A stretch of 64,000 nucleotides of DNA from Lingula anatina (taxonomy: Eukaryota; Animalia; Brachiopoda). The notes beneath the pieces were generated by a model that was not told the origin of the DNA, made no database searches, and saw only the letters and a list, made by a program, of their open reading frames with translations. The DNA lies in the NCBI GenBank assembly GCA_051362555.1, contig CM120641.1, forward strand, positions 32,494,401-32,558,400. The letters run 5' to 3'. The first letter of the stretch is position 1; every line of letters begins with the position of its first letter. Below, piece after piece: positions 61,005 through 64,000 of the stretch. The translations under genes and the position numbers were made by a program.

Positions 61005-61364
61005 CAGGGCCGTAGCCTGAGCAAAATGCCAGGGGGGGGGGGGGGGGCAATAAGCGGACACGAGGGGGCGAAGCCCCCGAGGGGGGAGGGTGTGGGGAGG
61101 TTGCAAAAAATTTTTCGCACCGTGGGAGGTTGTCCCCCTCCCACGGTGCGAAAAATTTTTAAAAACTGTATGTAAAATACTGCATTCTGGTGCATTTTAA
61201 CTGTTATTTATCGCTCAATCAAAAGTCAGAAATTGTGGGTTCATTTTGCCATAAGTATAGTCAACTTTGCAATTATATTTTTTGCACCTCAAATCCCAGG
61301 GGGGGGGCAGCTGCCCCCCCTGCCCCCCCCCCCCCCCCCCCCCCCCCCGGAGGCTACGGCCCTG
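61005..61364. mobile_element. GC-rich MITE with perfect 13-bp TIR and internal 24-bp hairpin
   Basis: CAGGGCCGTAGCC / GGCTACGGCCCTG; AAAAATTTTTCGCACCGTGGGAGG and its reverse complement at about 61107-61160. Confidence 0.8.
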
Positions 61365-61758
61365 TACAAACATATTATTATATCGTGAAACAGATTGTTT
61401 TAGTGAATGATGCTAACGAAATCTTATAAAACTTTATTTACTCAAGTGATCGTCGCGTTAGTAAACAAGACCGCTCAAACTCAAAGTCGTGTGACTGGAC
61501 TTGGTAATCTTGCTTAACATTGTACATCGTCAAGTGACAAATTTACAAGGTGCTGTAAAATACATCTTTTGAGCTAAAGACAACAAACCAATGTTTTATA
61601 TTTGTTATTAAATCAGCTCCCAGGACAAGCAATAAAAGTCTCAGTCACTTGTCTCAGTAATAAACCATTATCATATTTATGGGTTCCATCTATATTGAGA
61701 AACCCTGTATTATGTGAATTATTTCCAGGTGCAGAACTGGGTCAAGCTTCAGTTTAAA

Positions 61759-61837
61759 ATGGCATCACGTATGTATACACATACAGTATTCATGCTGGTG
61801 GGTCTGGTGTCAGTGCCACAAGTTATTGCAGACATTG
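61759..61837 (+). CDS. First coding exon (signal peptide MASRMYTHTVFMLVGLVSVPQVIA-DI) of a secreted or surface protein gene continuing beyond the window
   Basis: TTTCCAG acceptor 61728, AAAATGG start context, hydrophobic core with V-x-A cleavage-like site, GTAAGC phase-1 donor; possible UTR-exon donors at 59229 and 60838. Confidence 0.6.
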
Positions 61838-61911
61838 GTAAGCGCCATTTATGTCTTCAGAGGTTTATGCACATGCACTTATGGTATTGTCATACAATTG
61901 GTCCAACTATA

Positions 61912-63306
61912 CAACATTGGTCAAAAAGGTTGTCCCACCCCCAATTTCATGTGCTTTTATTTATAAATGATCAGCTCACGGGTGAAATTTGTTATAAATA
62001 GTGATTTTCATTCCAGATACCATAACTAACATGATTATTGGTGCAGAAAATATAAAGTAGCAGTTAAGCTATCCACATTTAATACCATTAATTCACATTT
62101 ATTACATGTACCCCCTCAAATCCGATGTTCCACTGTCATTTCCATGGAAATAAAGAAATGCCCATTAAATTGAAATGACACCACCAAAAGTCACTAAATT
62201 TACGCACATACAGCATTAGGGTGTGCTCGTTAAAGGTCACGTGTCTATTAGCGTGTGTGGTTACCGCGCACTGTAGACGGCGCCACCGCCTTCAACAAGG
62301 GTAACAATTCTGTTTCGTGGGATTTTGCACCATGTTTTCTAAAAAGCTTGGCGGAATTGGTCCAGACTAGTTGGGGTTTGGTTCTCTGGATTGCACACTT
62401 CAGTTCATGCCACGGGTTCTCAGTAGGTTTATTATCAGGATTCAAAGATGGTTTCTCCAGCCTCAGAACTTTGGGTTTCTGCAACAAATCACTCACCACC
62501 TGAGAACTGTGTGCAAGTGTGCTGTCATGATGAAGCCTGGAACACCCCCCTTAGTCCTCTCTTGCAGATGGAATGAGGTATTAGTTGAGAATGTTAGGTC
62601 CAGTGACCCCAGAACTACCAGAACTTGGTCAACTATCACTAGGAACAAGCTGGTTTTGCTGAAGAATCAAGGTATTTCTTGAATGCCTTCGCTGGTCAAG
62701 TTACCCTGTAGGGTCCGTAGACATGTTGCAGAATGCTTTTTGGAAAGTTTGTACAAGATAATATCGCCTGAGGTGTCAGGTCATACCACGTTTGGAGAGA
62801 ATTCCAAGCCCATGGTTTTAGTGCATAGTTCTTTCCGGAAAAAAACGTTATTGGGGCAATTCACGGAAACGTTTTCAACAAATGTCTCACTCCATTTGAA
62901 AGAGGTGACTTCAGAGAAACTGCAGGCGTCATCGTGGAAATGCACGTGCTCACAACTCTCGTCTGCTGAGTGATTTGTTGCAGACACCCAATGTTCAGAG
63001 GATAGAGCAATCACCTTTGAGCCAAGTTATTAACCTTACTAAACATCTGTGGCATGGATTGAAGTGTGCAATGGAAAGGAGAACCAAACTCCTAATAATC
63101 TGGACCAACTCCCCCAAGCTCTTTTGGAAGAATGGGACAATGTCCCATAAAACAGAATTGTTACCCTTGTTCAAGGCAAGCCGCGCCACCTACAGGAAGT
63201 AATTACAGTACGCGGTAAACGCAAACGCTATTATACAAGGGGCCTTTAACGAGCACACCCTAATGCCAAATGTGTGTAAATTTGGTTACATTTGGTGGTG
63301 TCATTT
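61912..63306. mobile_element. Two decayed Tc1-like transposase 3' halves arranged back to back
   Basis: Minus strand HHDSTLAHSS..SDLLQ..NPDNKPTENPWHELKC; plus strand GNARAHNS..SDLLQ..NLTKHLWHGLKC; TA-CAACATTGGTCAAAAAG terminus at 61910. Confidence 0.75.
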
Positions 63307-64000
63307 GGCGCCAAGAAGTCTAGGCGGTCGATCTCACTGATCTTTCAGCCGACTGTAGTAAATGAAGGATCTCGCGGCATTGACTTCAAAATCGTTTCCC
63401 CTGCATATATATTTCAATCAAACTTGAAAACAAATTGCTTATTCTTCCCAAAATTTTTATTGCTAGCATACGCTATGTATGGTCTATATGAAGATGATAC
63501 TACATATCCTACCCACTGTCGACATTTGGTTTCATCCAGAACAGACATCCCCCCCCCCCCGCCACCCCCGCCACCAGTCCGTTTTATATCCTATTTCTAC
63601 ATCCCCTCCCCGCCCGAGATTTTTTAAAAGAATTCTCCTAGCCTATAAGCATATCATATTGAAAAATGCAGAACAATGGTTCAATATGAACACAAACATG
63701 TATGAGAAGTGAATAAGGACCTGCAATTTTTCTCTATGGAAATGGTTCGGAGATTCCAAGGATTAAAAGATATAATTGTTAGCGTTAATTTTTTTAGTAT
63801 GGTTAGTAAATTGAATACCCAGAACGTATTAAATAATAATAAGCTTCATTAGATATTCTTTTCACTGAATGCATTACAAAATATTACGATAATGAGACGA
63901 TCAAAACATGATGCCTTTTCTGCCCTAAAGGTTCATTCTGGCACGTGACAGACTTCCACTATGACTCCACTGTATTCACCAGTCAGGACTCGTGTACCTC

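Overview
AT-rich, intron-rich animal genomic DNA; the repeat content suggests an invertebrate, possibly a lophotrochozoan (inference). No prokaryotic features, CRISPR arrays, rRNA or tRNA were seen. (1) 1.6-14.5 kb (+): 3' half of the class I bHLH E-protein gene (TCF3/TCF4/TCF12/daughterless family) with a highly modular splice architecture. It has a cassette exon duplicating the LDDAIHV activation motif inside a dense TGCATG cluster, a 30-nt microexon, two alternative basic-region exons 49 nt apart, two alternative 146-nt HLH exons separated by an intron with a predicted long stem, and several possible C-termini. (2) 17.8-22.4 kb (+): a six-exon, 379-aa unidentified coiled-coil/hydrophobic-hairpin gene with TATA, AP-1 and four kB-like sites, and a young 5'-truncated LINE in its 3' UTR. 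(3) 26.8-49.8 kb (-): TDRKH/Papi (TM anchor, 2 KH, Tudor). Two donors 19 nt apart predict a 486-aa or a 1609-aa protein, the introns carry Helentron/HINE-like elements with a 161-bp satellite, and a candidate E2F/CHR promoter lies upstream. (4) 50-64 kb: MITEs, an internally deleted mariner, decayed exons, back-to-back Tc1 halves and the signal-peptide exon of a further gene. All exon structures were derived by eye from GT-AG sites and reading-frame phase and need RNA-seq confirmation.
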